A stretch of DNA of 64,000 nt from Octopus bimaculoides (GCF_001194135.2 NC_068985.1:66886051-66950050), one strand, 5' to 3'. Positions 49,526 to 63,460 are shown, counted from the stretch's first letter. The notes: generated by a model from the sequence alone, not told the origin. Made by a program: numbers and translations.

Positions 49526-52440
49526 TTTGAGTGAATTCTCCCTACACACACACACACACACATACACACATACACACACACACAGAGACACACACACACA
49601 CACACANNNNNNNNNNNNNNNNNNNNNNNNNNNNNNNNNNNNNNNNNNNNNNNNNNNNNNNNNNNNNNNNNNNNNNNNNNNNNNNNNNNNNNNNNNNNNN
49701 NNNNNNNNNNNNNNNNNNNNNNNNNNNNNNNNNNNNNNNNNNNNNNNNNNNNNNNNNNNNNNNNNNNNNNNNNNNNNNNNNNNNNNNNNNNNNNNNNNNN
49801 NNNNNNNNNNNNNNNNNNNNNNNNNNNNNNNNNNNNNNNNNNNNNNNNNNNNNNNNNNNNNNNNNNNNNNNNNNNNNNNNNNNNNNNNNNNNNNNNNNNN
49901 NNNNNNNNNNNNNNNNNNNNNNNNNNNNNNNNNNNNNNNNNNNNNNNNNNNNNNNNNNNNNNNNNNNNNNNNNNNNNNNNNNNNNNNNNNNNNNNNNNNN
50001 NNNNNNNNNNNNNNNNNNNNNNNNNNNNNNNNNNNNNNNNNNNNNNNNNNNNNNNNNNNNNNNNNNNNNNNNNNNNNNNNNNNNNNNNNNNNNNNNNNNN
50101 NNNNNNNNNNNNNNNNNNNNNNNNNNNNNNNNNNNNNNNNNNNNNNNNNNNNNNNNNNNNNNNNNNNNNNNNNNNNNNNNNNNNNNNNNNNNNNNNNNNN
50201 NNNNNNNNNNNNNNNNNNNNNNNNNNNNNNNNNNNNNNNNNNNNNNNNNNNNNNNNNNNNNNNNNNNNNNNNNNNNNNNNNNNNNNNNNNNNNNNNNNNN
50301 NNNNNNNNNNNNNNNNNNNNNNNNNNNNNNNNNNNNNNNNNNNNNNNNNNNNNNNNNNNNNNNNNNNNNNNNNNNNNNNNNNNNNNNNNNNNNNNNNNNN
50401 NNNNNNNNNNNNNNNNNNNNNNNNNNNNNNNNNNNNNNNNNNNNNNNNNNNNNNNNNNNNNNNNNNNNNNNNNNNNNNNNNNNNNNNNNNNNNNNNNNNN
50501 NNNNNNNNNNNNNNNNNNNNNNNNNNNNNNNNNNNNNNNNNNNNNNNNNNNNNNNNNNNNNNNNNNNNNNNNNAACTCGAAATAGTTCTCTTGAAATAAT
50601 AAAACTCGAAGCAGAAAACACTATTGATAATAGCCCGTAAATATTGAATTAAAATCCACTGGGGTAGATATAATCAAGTGCTCTCTGGAGTGTTGGAACG
50701 TTCTTCGTCTGTAAATATGAAATAAGTTCTACCACCGAACAAAAATAGTTCTACGAATTTCTCTATTAATTTTAGAAATTTTATTCTTTCCAGCGAAAAT
50801 TGCATAATATTGACGTAGTAGTTATTCAACAACGTGCCCATGTCTAGTAAGATCCTGGAAATTACCTATCATAACATTGTAAAAAATCATCGGCAGTTAT
50901 AAGGAAAGCAGATACAAGAAAATTAATTGAAGATCTTGTATACCTGTGAACTATAATTTCGAGAAATATTCTACAACTTAAATCTGGAGTTTCGAATAAG
51001 GACTTACTCAAAGCTTCCTGGTTGCTACTCAAATTAATTTAGGAGATACTTTGAGTATCGGACAACCTGCTTATTTCCTATGATCTTCTGTCTTTTAACT
51101 TGTTTTAATTAACACGTTGCAGGATCTCATATAGATTCACATTGATATACATGTTACCACCACTATGTAAACCAGCATATCTGTAGTTTTTGCGTATTTT
51201 TTCTCTCTAAGGAGGTGTATCTGCGTCATTTTCAAAGTTTTGCGAATGATTGATGAGGATTTTTTTAATAATGAAACACGTAAAGTTATATTTTCAATAC
51301 CTCGATGAAATCTTGTATGTGTTTCGTAAAGATTGTCGAAATGATTTGTATATGCGTGTGGTAATTTTCAAGCCAGATTCTTGCTTTATAAGTCACTGAT
51401 ACTTATATGAATAGAATAGTATATTGCAATATGAAAATGTGAACAATTACACTTAATTTTTTTCTTTTCATTTCTTCTCATATAAAAGATACGAAAAAGA
51501 GCACCAAGAAACTTCAAATTTTATATTATATCATATCATTCAGGTGGTTACTGACTAGAAGAGAGATGCGCTGTATAAATGAGCTTCTAGTAGGCAGATT
51601 ATTGACGTTGACTTTTAAACTGATGACAGTGATTATCATTCCTTCTTGGCTTAGGTGCAAAACAACTGAACAGAAGTCCAGGCTCCTTAAAGCAATAGAT
51701 ATCCAGAATGTGAATACGAACACTGAGATACTGTGTATAAAATATTTTCATATCTCAGTCGCTGAATTCTTGGCAAGTTCCGTGAGTTTGTTATCAGACA
51801 TTTGCTGTTCAACTAGTTTTGCATAAATGTGTATTCGATGAAGCAAACGGACATTTGTCTCATTTTTATATCGCCTTATTTTCGTTTTCCTAGTAAATGT
51901 GCGCACATTATTCTTAAATGTATAACTTGATCTGTTTTCATTCGTGCCATTTACAATTATACCATTTTACACATTGCCGATGCGGCCCCGAGAGACACTA
52001 CACAACTCTAGGTGTAGTTTTTATAAGTTTTTCAATAAAATACACATATTGATGCTTTTAACGATTATTCTATAATACAGTCCCACTTTTGTAATTCAAA
52101 TTATGTATATCAACATTTTGAAACATGTTCAGTGTAGAGAATATAAACGCAGAAAATATTTTACCAAATCTTTTAATGTAGCAAGGGCAGCTTTTTTTCC
52201 ACCCGAGTCGGTTATAATCCCAAATAATTTATGTTGTTATATATATCTATAGCCATTTCGGGATACACATTAAATGTGGTTCTGTTACATATTTTTCGAA
52301 ACTTCAGTGATTCATAATGTAAACAGAATTACTTTCTCTCATGTAGGATCAAAACGTTAAATTATATGGAACGGAGACCTAGTTGTTCCTTGGGGACAAT
52401 GGTTAGCACGTTTGTCAAGGTATTTATCCTTTTGAGTTTT

Positions 52441-52444
<4 letters not shown>

Positions 52445-52521
<77 letters not shown>
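52445..52521. repeat. (CA)n microsatellite running into a gap
   Basis: Pure CA run. Confidence 0.97.
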
Positions 52522-53377
52522 NNNNNNNNNNNNNNNNNNNNNNNNNNNNNNNNNNNNNNNNNNNNNNNNNNNNNNNNNNNNNNNNNNNNNNNNNNNNNNN
52601 NNNNNNNNNNNNNNNNNNNNNNNNNNNNNNNNNNNNNNNNNNNNNNNNNNNNNNNNNNNNNNNNNNNNNNNNNNNNNNNNNNNNNNNNNNNNNNNNNNNN
52701 NNNNNNNNNNNNNNNNNNNNNNNNNNNNNNNNNNNNNNNNNNNNNNNNNNNNNNNNNNNNNNNNNNNNNNNNNNNNNNNNNNNNNNNNNNNNNNNNNNNN
52801 NNNNNNNNNNNNNNNNNNNNNNNNNNNNNNNNNNNNNNNNNNNNNNNNNNNNNNNNNNNNNNNNNNNNNNNNNNNNNNNNNNNNNNNNNNNNNNNNNNNN
52901 NNNNNNNNNNNNNNNNNNNNNNNNNNNNNNNNNNNNNNNNNNNNNNNNNNNNNNNNNNNNNNNNNNNNNNNNNNNNNNNNNNNNNNNNNNNNNNNNNNNN
53001 NNNNNNNNNNNNNNNNNNNNNNNNNNNNNNNNNNNNNNNNNNNNNNNNNNNNNNNNNNNNNNNNNNNNNNNNNNNNNNNNNNNNNNNNNNNNNNNNNNNN
53101 NNNNNNNNNNNNNNNNNNNNNNNNNNNNNNNNNNNNNNNNNNNNNNNNNNNNNNNNNNNNNNNNNNNNNNNNNNNNNNNNNNNNNNNNNNNNNNNNNNNN
53201 NNNNNNNNNNNNNNNNNNNNNNNNNNNNNNNNNNNNNNNNNNNNNNNNNNNNNNNNNNNNNNNNNNNNNNNNNNNNNNNNNNNNNNNNNNNNNNNNNNNN
53301 NNNNNNNNNNNNNNNNNNNNNNNNNNNNNNNNNNNNNNNNNNNNNNNNNNNNNNNNNNNNNNNNNNNNNNNNNNNNN

Positions 53378-54137
53378 AGTTTCCACAAAAACCTTTCACC
53401 GGGATCTGCACAAAGCCATATTTCACGTGAAGGCTGCAATCAGAAAACCACTACTTTCAAAAACAAACATTGTAAAGGGTTTAGAGTGGAGTAAAAACCT
53501 ACAGAATTGGTCCCTAGAACAGTGGAGGAATGTTATTTTCTCGGTCGAGTCATTCTTTACCTTATTTCCGAACACCGGCCGAGTATACGTGTGGAGACAG
53601 CCAAAAGAAGCATTTGACCCAGACTACCTTCTTCCAACTGTTAAACACGGAGGAGGATCTGTGATGATCTGGGGAGCTATATCTTGGAAATACGCCGGCC
53701 CAATAGTTTCCCTTCATGGTCAAATTAATAGTCAAGTCTGTTTAAGCATTTTATCTGATCAAATTCATCCTATGGTTTCGGAACTATTTCTTGTGGGGAA
53801 ACGTAATCTTTCAGGATGATAATACACCAATTCACATAGCTAAAATTGTTACAAAATGGCACGAGGAACATTCTAGTGAAGTTGAACATCTTATTTGGCC
53901 ATCACAATCCTCAGATCTCAATATTATTGAAAATATCCTCCACCATCATCCCTATATGAATTGGAGAATGTTTTAACTGAAGAATGGACGAAAATGCCTT
54001 TGGAAACAATTCAAACTTTCTTCTAGTCCATACTTCGTAGAATTCAGGCTGTAATTACTTCCAAAGGCGGTCCTATCCCATTTAAAAATAATTTTGTCTG
54101 CAAATTTCAGGTAGTTTCATTATTTGTCCTACCCCTG
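53378..54137 (+). mobile_element. Tc1-family transposon with DD36E spacing, 3' part (5' part in gap)
   Basis: WRNVIFSVES(D lost)...PTVKHGGGSVMIWGAIS...IFQDDNTPIH...WPSQSSDLNIIE has 36 residues between D and E. The right TIR ends ...TTGTCCTACCCCTG followed by TA. One frameshift near 53795. Confidence 0.9.
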
Positions 54138-54161
54138 TATGTATAGTTTTTTTTATTACCA

Positions 54162-54653
54162 CCTCGCATGTTTGGCACACGATGATGGTGATGTCACCAA
54201 CAAACGCTGTTGCAGTTCATCAACAGCTCAGATCACGTGGGATGCCCCTAAAACATCCAACATTCGCATCAATGGCTCAAGAGCCAACATAAACAAAAGC
54301 GGAGATAGGGGACTCCCTGTTGAACAGGGCGCTGAAAGTCGAAAGTTTCGAAAAGAAACCGTTCACACGGACGATAGACTCGATGTTGCTGTACAAAGCA
54401 GTGATCCAGCTTCGGAAAGTCGAACCCAGCCCGGCCGCCCCGATGGTCAACTGTATCGAATGCTTTAGACTGTTCTAAATGTATCAATGACCCACGTTTG
54501 ACAGACATTTTACCCATTCGCTCTCAGGTGTAGTGGATGAGGTGGAGATTGCCGCGTATCGTCCTGCCGGGGATGGCGCACATTTGCGCCTCTCCCACAA
54601 GACTGTCCACGACTAGCCCCAACCTCTTTGCTAGCACCTTGGCCAAAATATTT
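54162..54653 (-). mobile_element. Inverted L1/Tx1 RT fragment
   Basis: Reverse complement of 55112-55586 (AKVLAKRL...LEQSKAFDTVDH...GIPRDLSC**TATAFVGDITIIV). Confidence 0.9.
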
Positions 54654-54789
54654 TTCGAGAAAAAAAAATTTGATGAAAAAAAAATTTCTAAGAAATGAAA
54701 GGAATAATAGAGCAGTTTTAAAAAAGGGGTTATGAGAAAATAATATACAAAATGTATAACATAAGGAGAATATGTTTTTTATAAAAAGA

Positions 54790-57066
54790 GGAGCATCCTG
54801 CCTGGCAATCCGCGTCTCTCGGCATGCGAGGCTGAGTGCTGTGAAGGACCGATCACAGCGGAGGAAATCATGAAGTACGAGTGCTCCAGAGACAGGTAGC
54901 CGGGACATGATGGTCTGTCTACCTTACGAGCTTTTCAAAAGTATGCCAGACTTATTCGGGCACCTACTGGCCAGCGTCTGTGCCAACGGGCAGCAGATTG
55001 GGAGAATTCCCAAGGCTGCGAGCCGGAGGGTGGTGACGTTGATCAGAAAGGACTCGAGCGAGAGGATCATTATAGTAATTTTAGGCCCATAACACTGTTA
55101 AACACAGAGGTAAATATTTTGGCCAAGGTGCTAGCAAATAGGTTGGCGCTGGTCGTGGACCGTCTTTTTAGGGAGGAGCAAACGTGCGCCATCCCTGGCA
55201 GGACGATACACGGCAAACTCCACCTCATACGCTACACCTTAGAGCGGGTGAGTAAATTTATTTGGCGAAGGTGGGGCACTGGTACATTTAGACCAGTCTA
55301 AAGCATTCGATAGTTTTGAACATCGGTACCTGGTGGAAGTCCTCGGGGCGGCCGGGCTTAGCCCGACTTTCCGAACCTGGATCACTGCTTTGTACAGCAA
55401 CATCAAGTCTAACGTTCGGTTAAACTGTTTCTTTTCGAAACCATTCGACATTAAGCGCTCTGTTCGACAGGAATGTGCCCTGTCTCAGTTTTTGTATGTG
55501 TTGGCTCATGAGCCATTGGTGCGAAGGTTGGATGCTTTTGGAGGCATCCCGCGTGATCTGAGCTGTTGATGAACTGCATCAGCGTTATGTAGAAAACGCC
55601 ATTAGAAGATGCGAAGCGGTGGCAGGGGCAAAAAATTAACCAGGATAAATCAATCGGCTTGCAACTCGGGGCAAGTTGATGTCGATCCGGTTAGCATGTT
55701 CGGAATCTGGTTCGCTCCGGACCTCCAGATAGAGAAATATTGGAGTGCGGTCACAAGCATGGTTACTGTCCTAACCCAGATTTGGTCTGGAAGGGCGTTA
55801 TCACTATTAAGGAGGGAGGAGGTGACACAGATGTACAGAGCATCTGTAACCATCTACCGTCTGACCGGCGTGCCTTGCCCCGATTCGTGACTGAGCAAGT
55901 TGGAACAACTCCGCTCCTGTTTTTTGTGGAAGGGGGCTCCACTTGTAAGGCGCTCGATTTGCTGCCATACGCCTTTAACGTGTGGGCAAGGGATGCCGTG
56001 GCTGAAGATGCGCAGGTTTAGGCATCTCTGGCTTTATCTGGATGGTGATCCGGTGTGGTCACCGCTTGTGAAGTTTTTCTTAGCGCTACTGACCTCTCAA
56101 CTGGAGTTGGGTCCTTGGGTCAGGCGGAGACCTAGAATGGATGCCTGGCAGCTAGAGTGCCGACAAGCACTAACGCTACTCTTCCGGGAGGGCAATACCA
56201 GTAGCTAGAGTTCCATTGCAAACTTCTATAGCGGGTTAGTAGAGTTTAAGTCAGAAGATATCTAAGGGGAAACGCTAGACTTTGATGGAAATCATTTAAC
56301 CAACCTGTTCGAAAGAACCTTCAGGCCGGGTTATCTGGATAATTACCAGAAATCCCTGACCTGGATGTGTTACCGATCAGTCTTATTTGTTCTATGGAGG
56401 TTAGTAAGGCACAGGTGTGTCATCCTACCGACCTGTGCAAGGTGCGGGTAAGACAGTGAAATTGTCCTGCACACTTTTGTGCAGTGTACGGGGATTAGGG
56501 AAGTGACATCCTATGTCGAGCTGTTATTTCTCAACGAGAGAAAGAGTGCAGCTACCAGCTGAATCTATCATTAAGATTGTGCCGCCCTCCTCCCTGAACA
56601 GGGAAAGAAAGGCCTGTTTTCTCTGTCTAGTGGCCATACTGAAAGAGACAATATGGAGAACATGTGTAAAAGGGATCGCATGAGGTACCTTCATCTCTTG
56701 CCGGGGTTGGTTATTTTAGCCACCATCTCGAAAGTAAAACCCGTTTGGAGAAGAGATACCTGTTCCATATTGTGATTGGTAAAAGATGGACGAACGTGGT
56801 GAGAAAGTTGCGAGTAAATGGAAATGTTTAAGTGCAGCCATCCTACGACATAAAGGGATACACTGGAGACCTGCGGTGGGTGAACCAACCGTCGATAGAA
56901 AGTAAATTTCTAATTATTTCCTCGTTTTGATAGAATTTTTATTCCATTTCGTTATTCGATTTCATTATATTTATCATCGCTCTCCCAGCGCAATATATAT
57001 TAATTTCACCGCCCTTGTGATGTCCCCTCTGTGTTGAGCCCTATACGGCTAAAAAAAAAAAAAAAA
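54790..57066 (+). mobile_element. 5'-truncated L1/Tx1-type LINE (ORF2 RT to poly-A)
   Basis: CEGPITAEEI; PGHDGL.YELF; RPITLLNTE..LAKVLANRL; DQSKAFD; SVRQECALS; FGIWFAPDLQ; Zn-knuckle CARCGKDSEIVLHTFVQC near 56430-56486; A16 tail at 57051-57066. Confidence 0.93.
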
Positions 57067-58075
57067 TTGCCGTCTGAAGGGAGTACATGAATTCCAACTG
57101 TATGAAACTTTTAGTAGTGTGGGCTATACATGTGCGGTGGTCACAAAAAACAATATTTACTCTCGTTAGATGGAGAACTCCTTTTGTTAGATCTGGTCAT
57201 ACGGACTTATTCATATATATGTGTGCGTGTATATATATATATATATATACATACATATATATATATATATATATTAGTTTATGTATATATTAATATTATC
57301 TCAGTTATTAAAACTGTCGATAATTTAAATACGTTCATAGTTACCAGAGGTAGCAAAATTACACTAAGAAACAAGATATCACAGCCGTTTTACAGGTAGA
57401 GATACCAAGTTAAAGTGATACATTTTGAGAAGATATGGAAAATATCGTAAGTTACCCTATCTTTTCGNNNNNNNNNNNNNNNNNNNNNNNNNNNNNNNNN
57501 NNNNNNNNNNNNNNNNNNNNNNNNNNNNNNNNNNNNNNNNNNNNNNNNNNNNNNNNNNNNNNNNNNNNNNNNNNNNNNNNNNNNNNNNNNNNNNNNNNNN
57601 NNNNNNNNNNNNNNNNNNNNNNNNNNNNNNNNNNNNNNNNNNNNNNNNNNNNNNNNNNNNNNNNNNNNNNNNNNNNNNNNNNNNNNNNNNNNNNNNNNNN
57701 NNNNNNNNNNNNNNNNNNNNNNNNNNNNNNNNNNNNNNNNNNNNNNNNNNNNNNNNNNNNNNNNNNNNNNNNNNNNNNNNNNNNNNNNNNNNNNNNNNNN
57801 NNNNNNNNNNNNNNNNNNNNNNNNNNNNNNNNNNNNNNNNNNNNNNNNNNNNNNNNNNNNNNNNNNNNNNNNNNNNNNNNNNNNNNNNNNNNNNNNNNNN
57901 NNNNNNNNNNNNNNNNNNNNNNNNNNNNNNNNNNNNNNNNNNNNNNNNNNNNNNNNNNNNNNNNNNNNNNNNNNNNNNNNNNNNNNNNNNNNNNNNNNNN
58001 NNNNNNNNNNNNNNNNNNNNNNNNNNNNNNNNNNNNNNNNNNNNNNNNNNNNNNNNNNNNNNNNNNNNNNNNNNN

Positions 58076-58136
<61 letters not shown>

Positions 58137-58480
58137 GAGAAAGAGAGAGAAATAGAGACAGAGACAGAGTGTGAAAGAGAGAGTGAGAGAGATTGAGAGG
58201 GTGAGAGAGTGAGAGAGAAAAAAGTATATCTTCAAGTAGACTTGGTCAACGAGCAATACCGTGCCTTGCTCAAGAAAAAAGTGCGCTGCTCTACAAAGAA
58301 AGCTGCATTTTTCGCTTTCCAGGCTCAACGGATGCTCAATCCAGTATATTTAGCATTGGAGATTATTTTCATATCCTTTTTATCTCGTCTCAGTTCCAAT
58401 GAATATCTATTTATAGATCTATTAATATATCACTTAATGTCCTATTGATATATTGATATATCTATAAGCTTGTGTACGTG

Positions 58481-58546
<66 letters not shown>
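58481..58546. repeat. (TCTA)n microsatellite
   Basis: Pure tetranucleotide run. Confidence 0.96.
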
Positions 58547-58547
<1 letters not shown>

Positions 58548-58932
58548 GTCTGTCTCTCTATCTATCTGTCTACCTGTCTGTCTGTCTGCCTCTCTGTCTG
58601 TCTAAATATCTATCTAGATAGCTAATTAACTATCATATCTACATCTTCTGTATCTGTATAGTCACATTATAGGATAAGCTTTTATACCAAATTACAAAAG
58701 AATAAAACTAATAATGGTGGTGCCCACCATGTTCATAGTCCTTGGTCTACAACGTATAGACATTAAAAGTGTAACACCCACTGTTATTTCCTAACCAAGG
58801 GTTTGTGCTTTAATTTAATTATCTATCGACATATCGTTTGCAGAGATTTTTAAGTCTTCATGACATTGTTTTATTTTGTTAGATATGTCAATAGTGCCTG
58901 CGACTCGAGCACACAAGTGCAACATATAGATT

Positions 58933-58937
<5 letters not shown>

Positions 58938-59006
<69 letters not shown>
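58938..59006. repeat. (CT)n microsatellite
   Basis: Pure TC run. Confidence 0.97.
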
Positions 59007-59011
<5 letters not shown>

Positions 59012-59619
59012 CTGTCTTCGCTCTCTTTGTCTCCCGTTCACACTCAATAAACATATATATTCCTCCATGCGAGTTATTACCATCCTTGATGTTGGCGTAA
59101 TACACGGACAAAAGAGCCATGTTCAAAAACAAGCAGAATGATGATATAATGTGTATGCGTGTGAATGCAATTTAGTCTATAAACAACACATGGAGAAAGA
59201 TAGAAAGGAGAATGATCGTCTCTGCAAATTTTAATTTGATTTATTTGAAACTGTCGCATGTGAAATTGCTTGTAAAGATTTTTGACACGTAAAGAATTGT
59301 CAAGCAAATTTGTAGTAAATGTGTCAATCATTGTATTGTCTAATAAATTTTACTATTAAAAGAAAGGAAGCTATCACGACTTTCTATTTTACAGTCTAGA
59401 CGATGTGCATTTCGTGATGTTTTCGCACACTATATTCTATAAATAATAATTTGGACACTATGGGTATTCTTTTCACGCAGACACGCAGTGATACACACAC
59501 ACACACACACACTCATACGCACATACGCATAGAGATAGACGCCGAGACACATGCACACATAAACATCAATATTTATTGCACTGAAATGTATTCATAAAAA
59601 TTAGGAAAATTATATTATA

Positions 59620-59681
59620 CTAGCTGGCCCCTTGCCTTCAAAAATGACAACTAATCGTAGTATTTTATATATAAATATGGA
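59620..59681 (-). mobile_element. 62-bp minimal Helitron-like element
   Basis: Minus strand reads A|TCCATATTTATATATAAAA...GAAGGCAAGGGGCCAGCTAG|T: TC start, CTAG end, inserted at A|T without duplication. Confidence 0.5.
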
Positions 59682-60114
59682 TGGTAAATCAAATTAATAC
59701 ACTTGTAAATGTTCACATACATTCACATACTTCCCTTGTACACACACACATACACACATATATTCTCACATGGTTGAAATGCTGTTTGATTTTTCTTTTC
59801 AGCGTTGATTGTTCACCATCCCACCGGTTTGCCATCACACCTTCCTTCCTTATTCAGCTATCACTCCTTCCTTTCTCATTCATATGTTGTAACGGAGAAA
59901 AGCACAAGAGTATTATTATAGTAGATGTATATGAAGCTTGCATGAGATAGTTATTTGGCTATATTCAAATAATGTCTGTTAATCAAACACATCGCCAGAA
60001 AAACAAAGTATTGCTGTTTGACATGAAAACAAACTGTGTAGATGCCAGATAACCGTTTCAGAAAATTGGAACACGTCAAATATAAAAAAAAAGAACGTAC
60101 AAACACACATTTAT

Positions 60115-60265
60115 ACATACAACTATCTCCTAGCAGTTTCGGTCTACTAAGTCCGCTCAGAGGGTTTTGGTTAGCCCGCACCTATAGCAGAAAATACTTG
60201 TCGAAGGTGACATTCAGTGAGATTGAACCCAAAACCATAGTGTTGAGAAACAAAGTTCTTGCCAG
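60115..60265 (-). mobile_element. SINE family A, diverged 5' head
   Basis: CAGTTTCGGTCTACTAA...TATAGCAGAAAATACTTGTCGAAGGTG...GATTGAACCCAAAACCATAG resembles the reverse complement of the family A head. Confidence 0.65.
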
Positions 60266-62170
60266 ACAGCTATTCTTACGGATACTTGTGCTCTGTTGTT
60301 TATTTTTGCTTTTGCGAAAAGTAGACACATTTTCGAACCTGGACTCTGAAGAAGGCTCATAAATGTGGCAACAATTATACCTCTACCAACTATTAGAGTA
60401 AGAAAACTAAACATCTTCGTTATGTTCACTTAATATGCTAGAAATTACGGCCGCAAGTCCTTGGAAGTATGCACTATTAGCTTTCAACTTGGAAGGATAC
60501 ACTGTAAATTGTTGACTGCTGTACCACATTTATTAAAATGTCTACTTTATCTCGTCTGCAATCATCAGAAACAATTTATTATTATTATCATACTGCTGCA
60601 GAGAAATTTTTCGTATGTTGCACGTATATATTAGCAGCTTGAGATAACTATTGAAGTTACCGTAAGAGTTTTCCTCTTATATATCAAAATTCCTATCTTC
60701 CCACGCTGAGGAGTTCCTTTGTTTTTTAAATGTCATTGTTTTCTCATTTAGTATCTTCTGAAGAACTGTTAGCTTTTTCTTTTTGTATACTCAATTGCTT
60801 TATTGATGTAATTTATATTCTACTACCAATAATTGACATTCATGTCCCATCAGTTTATTTATTCTGCTTCAGCTTTCGCTGTAGCTTATCAAACGAACGA
60901 TCTTACGTTTTTGAAAAGATTTCTCTTGTTTTTGCTTGTTAATTTCTGATAACTATCCAACTGTATATCTTGGTATTCTATATTTCTTCTCTTATTTCTG
61001 ATATTTATATACGCCAATATTTTCAATTACGTTACCTTCATTCTTTAATGAAAATTTTCTTTTCATTTCTTTTTTACATATTCAATTATATATTGACAAA
61101 CTTTCAATAATTTTCTGATCTCATTATATTATATTCGAAAACAAACATTTATTGCCAGTAAAATATATCAACCGTCTCTTTTTCCCCAACAAGTTCCTAA
61201 AGAGGCATATATCTGCTTGTAATTAACAGACACAAAATTTCTTTCATAATATATAGAAACTGCAAGCGATTTTAATATCTATATTTTGGGTTGTTCAAGT
61301 GTATAACTGGACTTTAAGAAACGGCATCTTGATATCAACAACACTGTTATCGAACAAATATAAGAGCAGTACAAAGAGATACAACAAAAAAGCCTACTGA
61401 AGGTGCATCGTGAAAATATTCTGCATTTTATATGAAACAAAAGTGAGAAGGCAATTTTGCTAATACTAAATATTGTTGTTAAACCCGCAAGCATGGTTCA
61501 GTGATCAAGAATCTCAGTCCACTGCAAATATCCCTATCCCTGAACTCGACCTATGGTAACTATATAGCTATAAGATGTGTTTAATTTATTCTATTAATAA
61601 GTGATAGTCTTCAATACTGCGTGTTTCATTTTGAAGGTTAACTTCGTGAGTCTTCCACTAATACGTAACGTGAGGACAATGTTTTCTTGACCAGTATACA
61701 ATATGAACAAAAGAGTTTCGTATTTGTTAGATGAGATTGATGAATAAATGAAAATCATACTATGATGTCTGCTTTCTTCTAGCTTTTTTTTGCATGTTTC
61801 TTAAATGAAACACATTAACATAAATAAATATTTATATGATATTATAAAGAATAAAAAGTAACAAATAATTATCTGCACAAGAGATACAGTTATATATTAT
61901 AGGTGGAGCACAGTCAATTTCAAAATCCTCTTTCGCTAATGTTTTATGCTGACAGTAAAACATGTAGCAACAAAACCGGAGAAAATTATAGTGGTACAAA
62001 TAGAGTGAAGCGACGAAATGCGACTTAAATCTTACAAAATACAAATATAGGGCATCAGTTCTTGCAATAAATTTCGAAGGTACCATCGAGGTATTTATAA
62101 ACAATGAATGTCAAAATTTCTGGAGCAAAAGAATTCCAACTGCTAGTGTAATCTATCAAGTAGAGTTCTA

Positions 62171-63460
62171 TTAGATCGTCAAGTATGAAATTTATAGAAA
62201 TGAAAAAAAAAACAAACTTGCTAATGCTTTATAAACACAAGGAATAGTTTTATTCATCAAAGTATGCACCCATATTGTCAATACACTTTTGTTATTTCAG
62301 CGGTAGCTGGTCCATCCCGGAACTGTAACACCCTAGAAATCTAGAGTCAATAAAATCTTGGAAGGCTTGTTTTACAGTATCGTCGGAATTAAAATTTTTT
62401 CCTGTCAAAAAGTTATCCAAATTCTGGAGGAAGTGGTAATCAGTGGGGACAAGATCAGGTGAGTATGATGGATGACGGAGAACTTCCAACTCCAACTCTT
62501 GTAGTTTCTCCAATGTCATTTTTGCGACCTGTGGTCTGGCATTGTCTTGCAATAAAATAGGAGTGGATCTGTTAACTAATCTAGGCTGTTTTCTTTTTGT
62601 AAGTTTCTGTATCATTTGGTCCAGTTGACTGCAGTATACCTCGCCCATGATTGATGGGCCAGGTTTAATGAAATCAGTATGCATCACACCTACGCCAGAC
62701 CACCAAACATACACCATCATCTTCTTTTGATGAATTTTGCATTTTGGACTGTTTGGTGGCTGGTCTTTGTCCAACCATTGTGCTGAACGTTTACGATTGT
62801 TGTATTGGATCTATTTCTCATTACATGTTACAGTTCGATTCAATAATGATCATTTTTGTGACTAGAAAGTAGCATCATGCAAGCTTCCAAACGTTGCGGT
62901 TCCTTATCTTCATTGAGTTCATGTGGAACCCACTTATCCACCTTTGTCACTTTAATGATTTGAACTAGGTGAGTCAATATCATTTCCTTGCTAACACCAA
63001 ACAACAACGATATTTCACGGGCACTTTGAGATGGATCTGACTCGATGGTGGCTTTCTGTTCGTCATTATCTACCTTTGTTTCTGGCCGACAGTGTTGATC
63101 ATTTGTGAGGACAAAGTAACCACAACGAAATTTTACAAACCAATTTGATACTGTTTGCTGTGTAATAACATTAGAATGAAATATCCATTAATATTCCCAG
63201 CTGCCTGTGATGCTGTATTTCTAAGAAAGAACTCATATTTAAACACTGTAAGAATATCTGACTTCACCATCTCTAAACAAAAATAGCAAAAAATGAGTTA
63301 TAAATATTTTATAAAGCGCAAAATGAGTTAGAATAATAGAAAAAATGTGTCAGCTTTCTAACAAATATGGAAGATTGTCTAAATATAATAATAGCGCAAA
63401 ATGAGAGACTGGCAAAGTTTACCATATACCTTAATACAACTTTCATACTCGACGACCTAA
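62171..63460 (-). mobile_element. Full-length (1290 bp) inactive mariner, DD34D
   Basis: TIRs TTAGATCGTCAAGTATGAAATT (left, preceded by TA) and TTAGGTCGTCGAGTATGAAAGT (right). Transposase runs from ATG 63270 with WVPHEL and QDN...YSPDLVPTD (34 spacing). The first D is mutated to N; there are two frameshifts and two premature stops. Confidence 0.95.

Noticed and set aside
3596-58328. Long ORFs (100-370 aa) full of X in the ORF track
   Set aside because: They span N-gaps, which contain no stop codons; they are assembly artefacts.
179-59141. ORFs rich in CVCV, THTH, RERE, LSLS, YIYI
   Set aside because: They are translations of dinucleotide and tetranucleotide microsatellites.
62292-62774. Domesticated SETMAR-like gene
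   Set aside because: It is flanked by TIRs, has no SET domain or splice context, and has frameshifts, stops and a mutated first catalytic D.
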